Notes under the pieces: generated by a model | Database searches by the model: none | The model's input: only the letters and a program-made list of their open reading frames with translations | Told to the model about the DNA's origin: nothing | Shown here: positions 21,920-30,642 of the stretch, in pieces | Layout: each line of letters opens with the position of its first letter | Position numbering within the stretch: the first letter of the stretch is position 1 | Program-made: the position numbers and the translations under genes | Source: Myxococcota bacterium | GTDB lineage: Bacteria; Myxococcota_A; UBA9160; PR03 | Direction: 5' to 3' | Assembly (NCBI GenBank): GCA_041611735.1 | Contig: JBFIML010000042.1 | Coordinates: 1-40,058 of the forward strand | Length of the DNA: 40,058 nucleotides

Positions 21920-22374
21920 GGGGTCCCGCGGCTGCATGGGGCGCGGCGTGGGCGGCGGGGGCCTGGCTCGCCTGTGCGTCCCCGACCCCGCCGGCCATGC
22001 TCGACGCGGGCTTCCCGGAGGGCCGTCGCAGCCAGCCGCTGGCGACCCTGCTGGAGGCGCGTCCCCTCGCTCCCGAGGAGACGTTCCGGGTGGAGGAGCT
22101 CGGCCGCGACGCCGCCACCAGCCACCACCTGGTGCGGATCCGGGGCGGCGAGGACCCGCACCGCCACGACCGCCACGAGCTCGTGGTGGTCGTGCTGCGA
22201 GGGCACGGCAGCCTGCGTCTCGGCGAGAGCGTGCGCCCGGTGGGGCCGGGGTCGGTCCTCTACGTGCCGCGCGGAGTGGTGCACGCGTTCCGGAACGAAT
22301 CGGGGCGGCCGGCGGTGGCCTATGTGATCTACGTGCCGCCCTTCGACGGCACGGATCGGATGCCCGCCGACTGA
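21916..22374 (+). CDS. Cupin-domain protein, possibly a lipoprotein
   Basis: GTGA overlap with egtD. Cupin metal motifs PHRHDRHE and PRGVVHAF; hydrophobic leader ending WLAC. Confidence 0.8.
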   Translation: MRGPAAAWGAAWAAGAWLACASPTPPAMLDAGFPEGRRSQPLATLLEARPLAPEETFRVEELGRDAATSHHLVRIRGGEDPHRHDRHELVVVVLRGHGSLRLGESVRPVGPGSVLYVPRGVVHAFRNESGRPAVAYVIYVPPFDGTDRMPAD

Positions 22375-22408
22375 GTTGGTCGTGCTCCCAAGCGGGCGCC
22401 CCACCCCG

Positions 22409-23734
22409 CTAGGGTTTCGGCTGCTCCTTCCCGCACCACGGGCAGAAGCTCCAGTATTCGCGCAGGACGCCCCATCCGCAGCGGCCGCAGTGGTGCTTGG
22501 ACCCGGGCACCTTCCAGCGCTGCCGGAGCTTGCGATGGCACCAGGGGCAGTAACGCATGAAGGGAGCCACCTGCTTGCGGGGGCAGCCCGCGCCGCCACA
22601 ACGCTCGCTCAAGGTGGGATCCCGGTGGCGCCGGGCGGAGACGCTCCGGAAGGCCGGCCCGTAGCACCAGGCGCAGAAACGCCAGTCCGGGTTGCGGCCC
22701 CGCCGGCAGCGGGGACAGCGCTCCGGCCGCCGGCTGGCGCCGCGGTAGTTGGCCCGGCGCACGCCGCACCAGGGGCACGCCAGCATGCCCTCCGCCACGG
22801 GGCCGTCGCAACGGGAGCAGGCGTCCACCAGGGCCAGCGGCTTGCGGTACAGGCGCACGAACTGTCGCCGGCGCAGGAGCCGCCAATCCCGCCGCGCGCT
22901 GGGCGGCCGCCGCCGGGAGGGGCGCGGGGCGGGCCCCAGGACGCGTCCGCGCAGCCGCAGGCGCTCGAACGCCAGCGCCATCTCGATGGCATGCCCGAAG
23001 CGCCTGCGCTGGTCCACGTGGATGGCCCGGCGCAGGAATGCCATGAAGGCCGGGTGCACCGTGCGCCGCAGGCGCTCGATGCCCGGCGGAGGCCAGGTGT
23101 AGGGCCACTCGGGCAGCACCCCCGCGAAGAGCTGATAGAGGATCAGGCCCAGAGAGAAGACGTCGGAGCGGAAGGAGGTGCGTCCCATGGCCTGCTCGGG
23201 GGCCACGTAGCCCACGGTGCCCGAACCCGAGGCCATCACCGTGCGTCGGGCGAGCCGTGCGATCCCGAAGTCCGTGAGTCGCAGCCGCGGGCCCGGAAAC
23301 AGGATGAAGTTCTCCGGCTTGAGATCGCAGTGGATCACGCGATGGGAGTGGGCGTAGGCCACGGCGGCGAGCATCTGTCGGGCCAGCTCGGCTCGCGTGT
23401 CGGCCGCCAGGCGACGCTGCATGCGGTCGGCCAGGGTGCACTCGCCGAGCGGGTAGACGATGGCGAACTGCCCGTCGATGAACTGCGCGTTCTTGATGGG
23501 CAGGATCTGGGGATGGTCGAGGCCCGAGGCCACGCGCGCCTCCTTGCGGAACTCCTCCAGCATGTGGGGGTTCACGAGCTGCGGGTGGGGCAACTTGATC
23601 GCCACACGGCAACCCTCGATGCTGTCGAAGGCCTCGTACACGCTGGCGAAGCCGCCCTGGGCCAGGCGGCGCCGGATGCGGTACTTGCCGAACTTCCGGC
23701 CGGCCTTGAGCCGCGCCTCACCGGGAACCCGCAT
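22409..23734 (-). CDS. Hanks-type Ser/Thr protein kinase with C-terminal tandem zinc ribbons
   Basis: LAQGGFASVY, VAIK, HCDLKPEN, DFG, GTVGYVAPE, SDVFSLG. C-terminal Cys pairs CSRC, CPWC, CPRC, CAWC, CGGAGC, CPWC, CGRC, CPWC. Confidence 0.92.
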   Translation of the reverse strand: MRVPGEARLKAGRKFGKYRIRRRLAQGGFASVYEAFDSIEGCRVAIKLPHPQLVNPHMLEEFRKEARVASGLDHPQILPIKNAQFIDGQFAIVYPLGECTLADRMQRRLAADTRAELARQMLAAVAYAHSHRVIHCDLKPENFILFPGPRLRLTDFGIARLARRTVMASGSGTVGYVAPEQAMGRTSFRSDVFSLGLILYQLFAGVLPEWPYTWPPPGIERLRRTVHPAFMAFLRRAIHVDQRRRFGHAIEMALAFERLRLRGRVLGPAPRPSRRRPPSARRDWRLLRRRQFVRLYRKPLALVDACSRCDGPVAEGMLACPWCGVRRANYRGASRRPERCPRCRRGRNPDWRFCAWCYGPAFRSVSARRHRDPTLSERCGGAGCPRKQVAPFMRYCPWCHRKLRQRWKVPGSKHHCGRCGWGVLREYWSFCPWCGKEQPKP

Positions 23735-23757
23735 GCGCAGCCCGGCTCCCGCGCGCC

Positions 23758-24210
23758 TCACCGCGCCTCCCGGCCCGGACGGGCAGCAAGCCGGGCCAGC
23801 TCCTCCACCCACTCCCGCGGCAGGCCGTGCTCCTGCGCCCCCTCCAGCAGCCAGCGGCAATAGGTCTCGCTGGCCACCGCCTGGGGGGTGAGACGCAGCG
23901 AGACGTAGGTGAGCGCCTCGTGCTCGCTCCCGTCCTGCAGGACCACCCGCACCTCCATGCGATCGTAGCCGCCCTCGAAACGGTCCAAGTGCGGCCATTC
24001 GGCCGGGTTCAGCCGCCACAGGACGCCCCATACGAGCCCGGCCGGGTCGTCGCACAGGTTGGCCTTGGCGGTGCCGTCGCGGCCCAGCTTGTTCAGCACC
24101 CAGCGTTTGCCCGCGAGCCGCGCGACGCCGAGCGCCCGGGCGGAGGCGATCCGCGCCCGCAGGCGGCGCGAGCTCATGTTGGACCCGTAGGCGTAGTAGA
24201 GGGTGCGCAC
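23758..24210 (-). CDS. Gamma-glutamylcyclotransferase family protein
   Basis: GTG at 24210. Motifs YYAYGSNM, VWGVLW, LDRFEG. Confidence 0.88.
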   Translation of the reverse strand: MRTLYYAYGSNMSSRRLRARIASARALGVARLAGKRWVLNKLGRDGTAKANLCDDPAGLVWGVLWRLNPAEWPHLDRFEGGYDRMEVRVVLQDGSEHEALTYVSLRLTPQAVASETYCRWLLEGAQEHGLPREWVEELARLAARPGREAR

Positions 24211-24379
24211 GGCTCGGTTGCGGTTCTCGATCCCGTCCGGATGGCAGGCCCGGGTGGCGCCGACGATAGCGCCGGGCTCCGGGCGCGGCCTCCGCAGCGG
24301 GGCGGCGGGTCTCGTCGGCCCCGGGGTATCCTGCTCGCGGCCGGCGGTCGTGCCCGGCCCTCCAGAGCCCGGAGGACCC

Positions 24380-25234
24380 ATGGCCTACGAGACCATCCAG
24401 CTCGAGCGGAAGCAGCGCGTCCTGACCCTGACGCTGCAGCGACCCGAGAAGCTGAACGCCTTCAACCCGAGCATGCAGAAGGAGCTGCTGGCCGCCTTCG
24501 ACGAGGCGGACCGGGACGACGAGGTGCGCGTCGTGATCGTGACAGGCGCCGGACGGGCCTTCTGCGCCGGGGCGGACCTGAGCGCCGGGGGCAGCACCTT
24601 CGACGCGAGCGGGCGGGAGTCGGCGGCGGCCCACCGGGACGGCGGCGGCCTGGTGGCCCTGCGCATCTTCGAGGCGAAGAAGCCGGTGATCGCCGCCATC
24701 AACGGGCCGGCGGTGGGGGTGGGCATCACCATGTGCCTGCCCATGGACGTGCGCCTCGCCAGCGAGGATGCGCGCTTCGGCTTCGTGTTCACCCGGCGAG
24801 GCATCGTGCCCGAGGCCTGCAGCTCCTGGTTCCTGCCGCGCGTGGTCGGGATCGCCCAGGCCATGGAGTGGGTCGCGACGGGCCGCGTCTTCCCGGCGCA
24901 GGAGGCCCTGGACGGGGGCCTCGTCTCTCGGGTGCTGCCGGCTCCGGAGCTGTTGCCCGCCGCCCGGCGGCTGGCCCGGGAGATCGCCGACCACACCAGC
25001 GGGGTCTCCGTGGCGCTGGCCCGCCAGCTGCTCTGGCGCATGCTCGGCGCCGACCATCCCATGCAGGCCCACCGGATCGATTCAAGAGCCATCCACGCCA
25101 TGGGCCGCTCCCCGGACGCCTACGAGGGAGTGCAGAGCTTCCTGGAGAAGCGCCCGCCGCGCTTCGCCATGCGGGTATCCCGGGACCTGCCCGACTTCTT
25201 TCCCTGGTGGCCGGAGCGGCGTTTCGAGGACTGA
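24380..25234 (+). CDS. Enoyl-CoA hydratase/isomerase (crotonase) family protein
   Basis: ATG at 24380 after GGAGG. Motifs GAGRAFCAGADL, KPVIAAINGPAVGVG, EGVQSFLEKRPP. Confidence 0.93.
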   Translation: MAYETIQLERKQRVLTLTLQRPEKLNAFNPSMQKELLAAFDEADRDDEVRVVIVTGAGRAFCAGADLSAGGSTFDASGRESAAAHRDGGGLVALRIFEAKKPVIAAINGPAVGVGITMCLPMDVRLASEDARFGFVFTRRGIVPEACSSWFLPRVVGIAQAMEWVATGRVFPAQEALDGGLVSRVLPAPELLPAARRLAREIADHTSGVSVALARQLLWRMLGADHPMQAHRIDSRAIHAMGRSPDAYEGVQSFLEKRPPRFAMRVSRDLPDFFPWWPERRFED

Positions 25235-25273
25235 GGGGCCGCAGGGGTACGACGGACGCGGAGGGCTGCGCGA

Positions 25274-26287
25274 TCAGCCGGTCAGGAAGATCGGGAAGAG
25301 GGCGTTCGCGACCAGGCCGGCCACGAGCAGGCCGCCGGCCAGGCGCGTGAATACGAATGCCCAGGCCACGTACCAGAGCGGCCAGATCGGGTAGTCCGCC
25401 GGGGGGCTCGCGGGCCGCGGCTCGCGAAACACGCGCAGGACCCGCACGAGGCGCGGAACCGCCAGCGCCACCAGCAGGGTCCACAGCCCGAAGATCCCGA
25501 ACGCCACGAGTCCCGCCACCAGCGCGAAGAAGGCCACGAAGAGCGACTGGACCAGCCGGCGCGAAGCCCCGTCGCCGAGCAGCACCGGGAGCGTCCGCAC
25601 ACCACGGGCCTGGTCCGCCTCGAGCTTGTCCACGTGCTTGCCGATCAGGACCGAGGCCACCAGCGCCGCGTAGGGAAGGCTCGCCGCCAGCACCCAGCTC
25701 GGCAGGCTGCCGGCGGTCACGTAGTAGGTGCCTCCGATCATGAGCGGGCCCCACACCAGGAAGACGCCCGGCTCGCCGAGCCCGCGATGCTTGAGCTTGA
25801 GGGGTGGCGCCACGTAGAACACGCTCACGAACAGTCCCGCCAGGGCGAAGGCCACCACCGCCGGCCCACGCAGCCAGGCCAGATGGACGAGGATGGCCAG
25901 GTCGATGGCGTTCACCAGCGCGATCGCCGCCAGCAGTCCACGCTCCGAGACGAGGCCCGACAGGATGGGGTGGGGCGCATACTGGCCGCGCACGTACTCC
26001 GCGGAGTCGAGGCCCGATCGCACGTCGAACCAGTCGTTGATCATGTTGTTGGCGGCGTGGGCCAGGACGCAGCCGAGCAGCGCTTCGGCAAACAGCAGCC
26101 AGCTCGGGTGCGTGGCGGTAGGGCCCGCCACGGTGAGCAGGCCGCCGATGGCGACCGAGGTGATCGTCATGGGAAAGACGGAGGCGCGGGTGATGAGCAG
26201 CCAGCGGGAGATCGGATCGAGGGGCCGATCTCCGGACAGGTTCTGGGTGCGCAGCACGTCGGCCCAGTTGCGGATCACGCCCGCCAC
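25274..26287 (-). CDS. UbiA-family prenyltransferase (MenA-like)
   Basis: Multi-TM protein with NMINDWFD...GLD, FYVAPPLKLKHRGLGE and DKLEADQARGVRTLPV. Confidence 0.85.
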   Translation of the reverse strand: MAGVIRNWADVLRTQNLSGDRPLDPISRWLLITRASVFPMTITSVAIGGLLTVAGPTATHPSWLLFAEALLGCVLAHAANNMINDWFDVRSGLDSAEYVRGQYAPHPILSGLVSERGLLAAIALVNAIDLAILVHLAWLRGPAVVAFALAGLFVSVFYVAPPLKLKHRGLGEPGVFLVWGPLMIGGTYYVTAGSLPSWVLAASLPYAALVASVLIGKHVDKLEADQARGVRTLPVLLGDGASRRLVQSLFVAFFALVAGLVAFGIFGLWTLLVALAVPRLVRVLRVFREPRPASPPADYPIWPLWYVAWAFVFTRLAGGLLVAGLVANALFPIFLTG

Positions 26288-26342
26288 GTCCTGCCCTCCC
26301 GAAAAGCGGCGTGCGCGAGCCTAGCCCGGATTCCTGGCCGGG

Positions 26343-27245
26343 CTAGCCGATCCGCGGCAGCGCGGCCGAGGCGCCCTCCGCCACGGGAACCGCATCCTCC
26401 AGCGCGCCGCGCGAGGCGGCCAGGATGCCCGCCAGGACCGCCGCCCCGCCCAGGGCCTGGAGGGCGCCCACGGGCTCGTGGAGCAGCAGCCAGCCGAGCC
26501 CCGCCGTGCCCAGCGGCTGGCCCAGCAGCGCCACCGACGCGAAGGTGGCGCGCGCCCAGCGCAGCGCCCACACGATGCAGAGCACCCCCAGGATCTGCGA
26601 CACCACCGCCGCACCGACCATGGCGGCCCAGGAGTGGAGTGGGAAGCCCAGAAAGGGATCCCCGCCGGCCACGGCGTAGACCCCCAGGATGCCGGTGGCG
26701 CCGAGGGTCGCCGTGGCGAGCACGGGAAGCGCATCGCCCTGCCGGCGCGCCGCCTTGGCCAGCAGCAGGTAGCCGCTGTAGAAGCCGGCGGCGACGAGCG
26801 CGAGCAGGTCGCCGGACAGCGCGCCCGGCGAGCCGGGATGGCTGCCCAGCAGCAGCGCCGTGCCACCCAGGGCCAGGGCGGCGCCCCCGGCGAAGCGCCG
26901 GCCCGGCCGCTCGCCGGAGACGATCCACGCGAAGAGTCCCACGTACACCGGTGTCGTGTTCACCAGCAGCGTGGCGTTGGCCACCGAGGTGCGCACGATC
27001 GCCGTGTGCCAGAGCGCCAGGTCCGTGCCGAAGCACAGTCCGGCCGCCAGGGCGAGCCAGGCGCTGCGACCGCGCAGGCCGCCCGAGCGACGGGCCAGCA
27101 GCCAGGCCCCGAGCAGGATGCTCGCGATCAGCGTGCGGTAGAAGGCGGTCACCACCGGCGGCGCCGGCAGGGCGAGGCGCACGAAGATCGCCGCGAAGGA
27201 GATGCCGGCGATGCCCACGCCGAGGCTCGCGACGATCCGTGCCAG
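26343..27245 (-). CDS. EamA/DMT family transporter
   Basis: C-terminal part of the long ORF. Two EamA repeats (ISFAAIFVRLA...TSVANATLLVNTTP; GDLLAL...GQPLGTAGLGWLLLHE). Start uncertain: an in-frame CTG at 27245 lies 7 nt after GGAGG. Confidence 0.85.
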   Translation of the reverse strand: MARIVASLGVGIAGISFAAIFVRLALPAPPVVTAFYRTLIASILLGAWLLARRSGGLRGRSAWLALAAGLCFGTDLALWHTAIVRTSVANATLLVNTTPVYVGLFAWIVSGERPGRRFAGGAALALGGTALLLGSHPGSPGALSGDLLALVAAGFYSGYLLLAKAARRQGDALPVLATATLGATGILGVYAVAGGDPFLGFPLHSWAAMVGAAVVSQILGVLCIVWALRWARATFASVALLGQPLGTAGLGWLLLHEPVGALQALGGAAVLAGILAASRGALEDAVPVAEGASAALPRIG

Positions 27246-27286
27246 GAGCAGTCCTCCGCGGTCGGGTCTCCCCGGCCGCGGCAAGC

Positions 27287-28750
27287 CTAGCGGGCCGGCG
27301 CGGGCTGCGCGGCGGCGGGGGGCGTCGGCGCCTCGGCGGTCTCCAGGCAGGGCAGCTCCACGGTCACGCGAGTGCCGCTGGCGTCGCTCGCCACCTGCAA
27401 GCGTCCGCGGTGACGGGCCACGATCTGGTGCGTCACCGCCAACCCCAGGGCCGGGCTGCGCTCCCCCTCCTCGGGCGTGAAGAAGGGATCGAAGACCCGC
27501 GGCAGGATCTCCGGCGGGATCCCGGGTCCCGTGTCCTCCACCCGCAGCTCCACGTGGTCGCCCACGCGGCGCGTGGCCACCACCACGCGGTGTCGCCCAC
27601 TGCCCTCCCGAGGCAGGGACTGGACGGCATTCAGCAGCAGCTGCAGCGCCACCTGGCCCAGCAGTCGTCGGTCGCCGCGCACCGGCGGCACGGAAGCCAG
27701 CTTCGGGACGAGCGCCGCCCGGTCGCGCGCCAGGGGCTGCACGATCGGAAGCACCGAGGCCACCAGCGCGGAGAGGTCCACCGGCTCCTGTACGCTCTGG
27801 CTGCGTCGGGCCACCCAGAGCACCTGGGACACCACGGCGCGAAGCTGCTCCACCCCCTGCCGGCACTCGGCCAGGATGCGGGGCACCTCGCGCGCCGTGG
27901 CCGCGTCGCGCCAGATGCGGGCGAGTCGGGCCAGGTTGCCGTCCAGGTGGCCGATGGGCTCGTCGGTGGCCTGCGCGACGCCGGCGGCCAGGGCGCCGAG
28001 GCTGGCCAGGGGCTCGCCGTGGGCGAGCTGCAGCTCCTTGCGGCGCAGCGCCGCGCTGCGCTCCTCCACCAGCTCGTTCAGGTGCGTCGCCAGGCGTTCC
28101 GACTCCGCCATGGAGCGCACGAAGCGGCGCAGGAACAGGGCGGAGCCGGCCACCAGCACGGACAGCGCACCGAGGTGGGTGCGCAGGGCGCCTGCGTGGA
28201 GCCCCCAGGCGCCGGCCACGTCCCAACCGGCTGCCGCGATCCAGGGCATCCAGACCGCCAGCACCGCCAGCGCGCGTCCGCGCGGTGCCCGCCGCAAGCA
28301 GAGCAGGGCCAGCCCGGTGGGAATCGAGGCGGCGCCCAGGGTGAGGGCCCGGCCGACGGGGCCGAGGCCGGGCGGCGCCGGACCGAGCAGGAGGCGCTCC
28401 GAGAGTCCTCCGGGCTGCACCGCCGCCGCCGCCAGCAGGCCGAGGGCCGCCGGCACGAGCCCGCTCAGCGTCCGGGCGAAGCGGCCCGGGCGCAGGCCCA
28501 GGAACCCCAGGGTGCCCCGCAGCGCGCAGAAGGCCAGCACGACGCTCAGGCCGAGGGCGAGCGCGTGTCCGCGCGGAGTCAGCGCCGCCGGCGGTCGCCC
28601 CTGCACGCACAGCGCGGCCACCACCAGGCCGGCGGCGCCGAGCCACAGGTGGACGACCTCGCCGCGCCGCTGCAAGTGGAGCCAGCCATGCAGGAGACCC
28701 GCGTACAGCGCGATCACGAAGGCCAGGAGCGTCGCACCGGCGGGATCCAT
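27287..28750 (-). CDS. Membrane sensor histidine-kinase-like protein lacking the phosphoacceptor His (pseudokinase)
   Basis: Several N-terminal TM helices. DHp reads LAAGVAQATDEPI instead of the usual AGVAHEINNPL. HATPase has DTGPGI and FDPFFT but a degenerate G2 box (RSPALGL). Confidence 0.82.
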   Translation of the reverse strand: MDPAGATLLAFVIALYAGLLHGWLHLQRRGEVVHLWLGAAGLVVAALCVQGRPPAALTPRGHALALGLSVVLAFCALRGTLGFLGLRPGRFARTLSGLVPAALGLLAAAAVQPGGLSERLLLGPAPPGLGPVGRALTLGAASIPTGLALLCLRRAPRGRALAVLAVWMPWIAAAGWDVAGAWGLHAGALRTHLGALSVLVAGSALFLRRFVRSMAESERLATHLNELVEERSAALRRKELQLAHGEPLASLGALAAGVAQATDEPIGHLDGNLARLARIWRDAATAREVPRILAECRQGVEQLRAVVSQVLWVARRSQSVQEPVDLSALVASVLPIVQPLARDRAALVPKLASVPPVRGDRRLLGQVALQLLLNAVQSLPREGSGRHRVVVATRRVGDHVELRVEDTGPGIPPEILPRVFDPFFTPEEGERSPALGLAVTHQIVARHRGRLQVASDASGTRVTVELPCLETAEAPTPPAAAQPAPAR

Positions 28751-28813
28751 CGCGAGGAGCGTGATCGGGAAGCCCGTGCGGGGGCTTGAGGGCAGGCTCG
28801 GGCGAGCAGGGCG

Positions 28814-30448
28814 CTAGAAGGGGAGGTCCTCCTGCTCCGGCGGCTCGCCCGGCTCGCCGCGCAGGCGCCGGAACAGCTCGGCGATGGGAATCCGCGGCGC
28901 GCGCCATACAGAATTCCGGCTCGACCAGACCGGGCTCGTCCCGAACGGGTCGCCCATGGCCAGGGTGCGCGGGACGCGGTCGTCGAAGATCGCATCCCAT
29001 CTGCAGCGGTAGTGCTGGCGCTCCGGCTGGAGCCGCCGGATCCACGCGCCGCGCGCGGCCGCCCGGCCTCCGGCCGGCGGGTCGGTGACGGCGCTGGGCA
29101 CGTCGCCGATCCCGTCCACACGGTGCGCCAGCGCGCCGCCGGCGTCGAGCACCTCGAAGAGCCCCCGGGCGCCCAGCTCGCCGAAGCGCACGTCGGCCTC
29201 GAGCAGCTCCGCGCGCAGGGCGAGGAAATCGTCCAGGCGCTCCCAGGAGAGCCCGTGTTGGCCCATGTGGCGCTCCAGCTTCTCCACAGCGTCGATCACG
29301 GGTCCAAGCGGCTCGCGCAGCCGTGCACGCAGGGAGTCGCGGATTCCCACCCGGGTGCCAAGGCGCGCCGCCGCCTTCAGCCGGCGCAGCACGTGGGTCC
29401 AGGCGGGGAGCGATTCCCAGGCAACCCCGCGCCGCGCGGTGCGCCGCCGGAAGACGGCCAGCTTGATCGCCCAGTCGAGACGGTCGCTGAGCGAGCTCGG
29501 GTCCTCCTCGAGCTGGTCGAGCACCTGCCGCCAGGCCCGGCAGACGGCCTCGGCCCACGCCGGTAGCATGCGATGCCCGAGCTGCGCCTCGGCCGCCTGC
29601 AGGTAGTGCCTCTGGATCTCCACCGCCGTGCGCAGCGAGCCGTCGCGCCCGGCGGCGCGCCGCCGGCAGGTCGGATCGCCCGCGAAGGCCTGCAGGGCGT
29701 GGATCGGGCTGCGCAGGGCCACGGCATCGCCGCGGCAGACGCCCTGCTCGATCAGGCGGACCACCAGCGCGGTCGCGCCGAGCTTGAGAAAGGCGCCAAG
29801 CTGGGAGAACTGGCTCTCGCCCGCGATCACGTGGAGGCGGTGGTAGCCGCCTGCGCAGAGGGGCTCGTCCTTGCTGTGGTAGAGGGCGCGCTCGTGGGTC
29901 GAGCACGCGCCCACCTCCCGCCGCAGGTGAGCGGCCCGCGGCGAGAGCCGGAACAGCAGGCCGATCTTGGTGTTGTCGAAGCCACCCGCCCCCGTGTAGA
30001 CGATCCGCGACGCCAGGTGGGGGATCAGCTCCGGGGCCATCCGCGCCGGATCGCTGCGGTAGAGGTACGACTCGTGACAGCCCCAGGTCGCCCCGCTGGC
30101 GTAGTCCACGTTGTTCCGGAACAGCTGGACCCGGTCCGCCCCGGCGCGCTCCTTCAGCTCGCAGGCCGCGGCGAGCAGGATGCGCTCCCCGGCCAGCGTG
30201 TAGCGCACCACCTCCCGGGGATCGCTGCACTCGGGAGTGCTCAGCTCCGGGTGCCCCGCGTCGGCGTAGAGCCGCGACCCATTGGCCAGGAACAGGCCCG
30301 GTTCCACCCCGAACAGATGCGGATGGCGCTCGCCAGCGATCTGAACCAGCGCGTCGGCATCCGTGGAGGCGCAGCGCCGGCCCGCGCGTCCGAAGACGGC
30401 GAAGCCGTACTCGGTCTCCAGTCCGAACAGCAGGTCCGCCAGGTTCAC
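28814..30448 (-). CDS. pafA: Pup-protein ligase-like protein (PafA/Dop family)
   Basis: GLETEYG, FLANGSRLYADAGHPELSTPEC, NNVD...WGCHESY, RLHVIAGES, LKLGATAL, LDWAIK, C-terminal W...DPF. Lacks the Dop-loop. GTG start overlaps the pup stop. Confidence 0.85.
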   Translation of the reverse strand: MNLADLLFGLETEYGFAVFGRAGRRCASTDADALVQIAGERHPHLFGVEPGLFLANGSRLYADAGHPELSTPECSDPREVVRYTLAGERILLAAACELKERAGADRVQLFRNNVDYASGATWGCHESYLYRSDPARMAPELIPHLASRIVYTGAGGFDNTKIGLLFRLSPRAAHLRREVGACSTHERALYHSKDEPLCAGGYHRLHVIAGESQFSQLGAFLKLGATALVVRLIEQGVCRGDAVALRSPIHALQAFAGDPTCRRRAAGRDGSLRTAVEIQRHYLQAAEAQLGHRMLPAWAEAVCRAWRQVLDQLEEDPSSLSDRLDWAIKLAVFRRRTARRGVAWESLPAWTHVLRRLKAAARLGTRVGIRDSLRARLREPLGPVIDAVEKLERHMGQHGLSWERLDDFLALRAELLEADVRFGELGARGLFEVLDAGGALAHRVDGIGDVPSAVTDPPAGGRAAARGAWIRRLQPERQHYRCRWDAIFDDRVPRTLAMGDPFGTSPVWSSRNSVWRAPRIPIAELFRRLRGEPGEPPEQEDLPF

Positions 30449-30642
30449 TGCCCTCCGGTCTGGAGCAGGTCCCGCAGGAAGCGCTCGCTGTCTCCGGATT
30501 GGAAGCGGTCGATCGCTTCGTCGGAGACGGAGAGCAGGCGCTCCGCCCGCCGCCGCTGCTCCTCGCTCCGCGCCCGCCCGTCGCCCGGGCCCTCGGACGC
30601 CGGGCGTGCCTCGGGCTCCCGGGTTCGCTCATGCCGACTCAT
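30445..30642 (-). CDS. pup: Pup-like small protein modifier (65 aa) ending QTGGQ
   Basis: ATG at 30642 after GAGGAGGAG. Charged, low-complexity N-terminus; C-terminus SERFLRDLLQTGGQ resembles Pup's FVRAYVQKGGQ. Sits between the dop-like and pafA-like genes. Confidence 0.88.
   Translation of the reverse strand: MSRHERTREPEARPASEGPGDGRARSEEQRRRAERLLSVSDEAIDRFQSGDSERFLRDLLQTGGQ

Noticed and set aside
23758-24210. GGCT as a recycler of gamma-glutamyl-lysine isopeptides left by pupylation
   Set aside because: It lies 4.6 kb from the operon behind unrelated genes, and its YGSN motif fits general GGCTs rather than YGTL-type gamma-glutamylamine cyclotransferases.
30445-30642. Calling the small modifier UBact
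   Set aside because: The C-terminus has the Pup-type di-glycine (QTGGQ) and an F..xxxQ.GGQ pattern. An HMM comparison would settle it.
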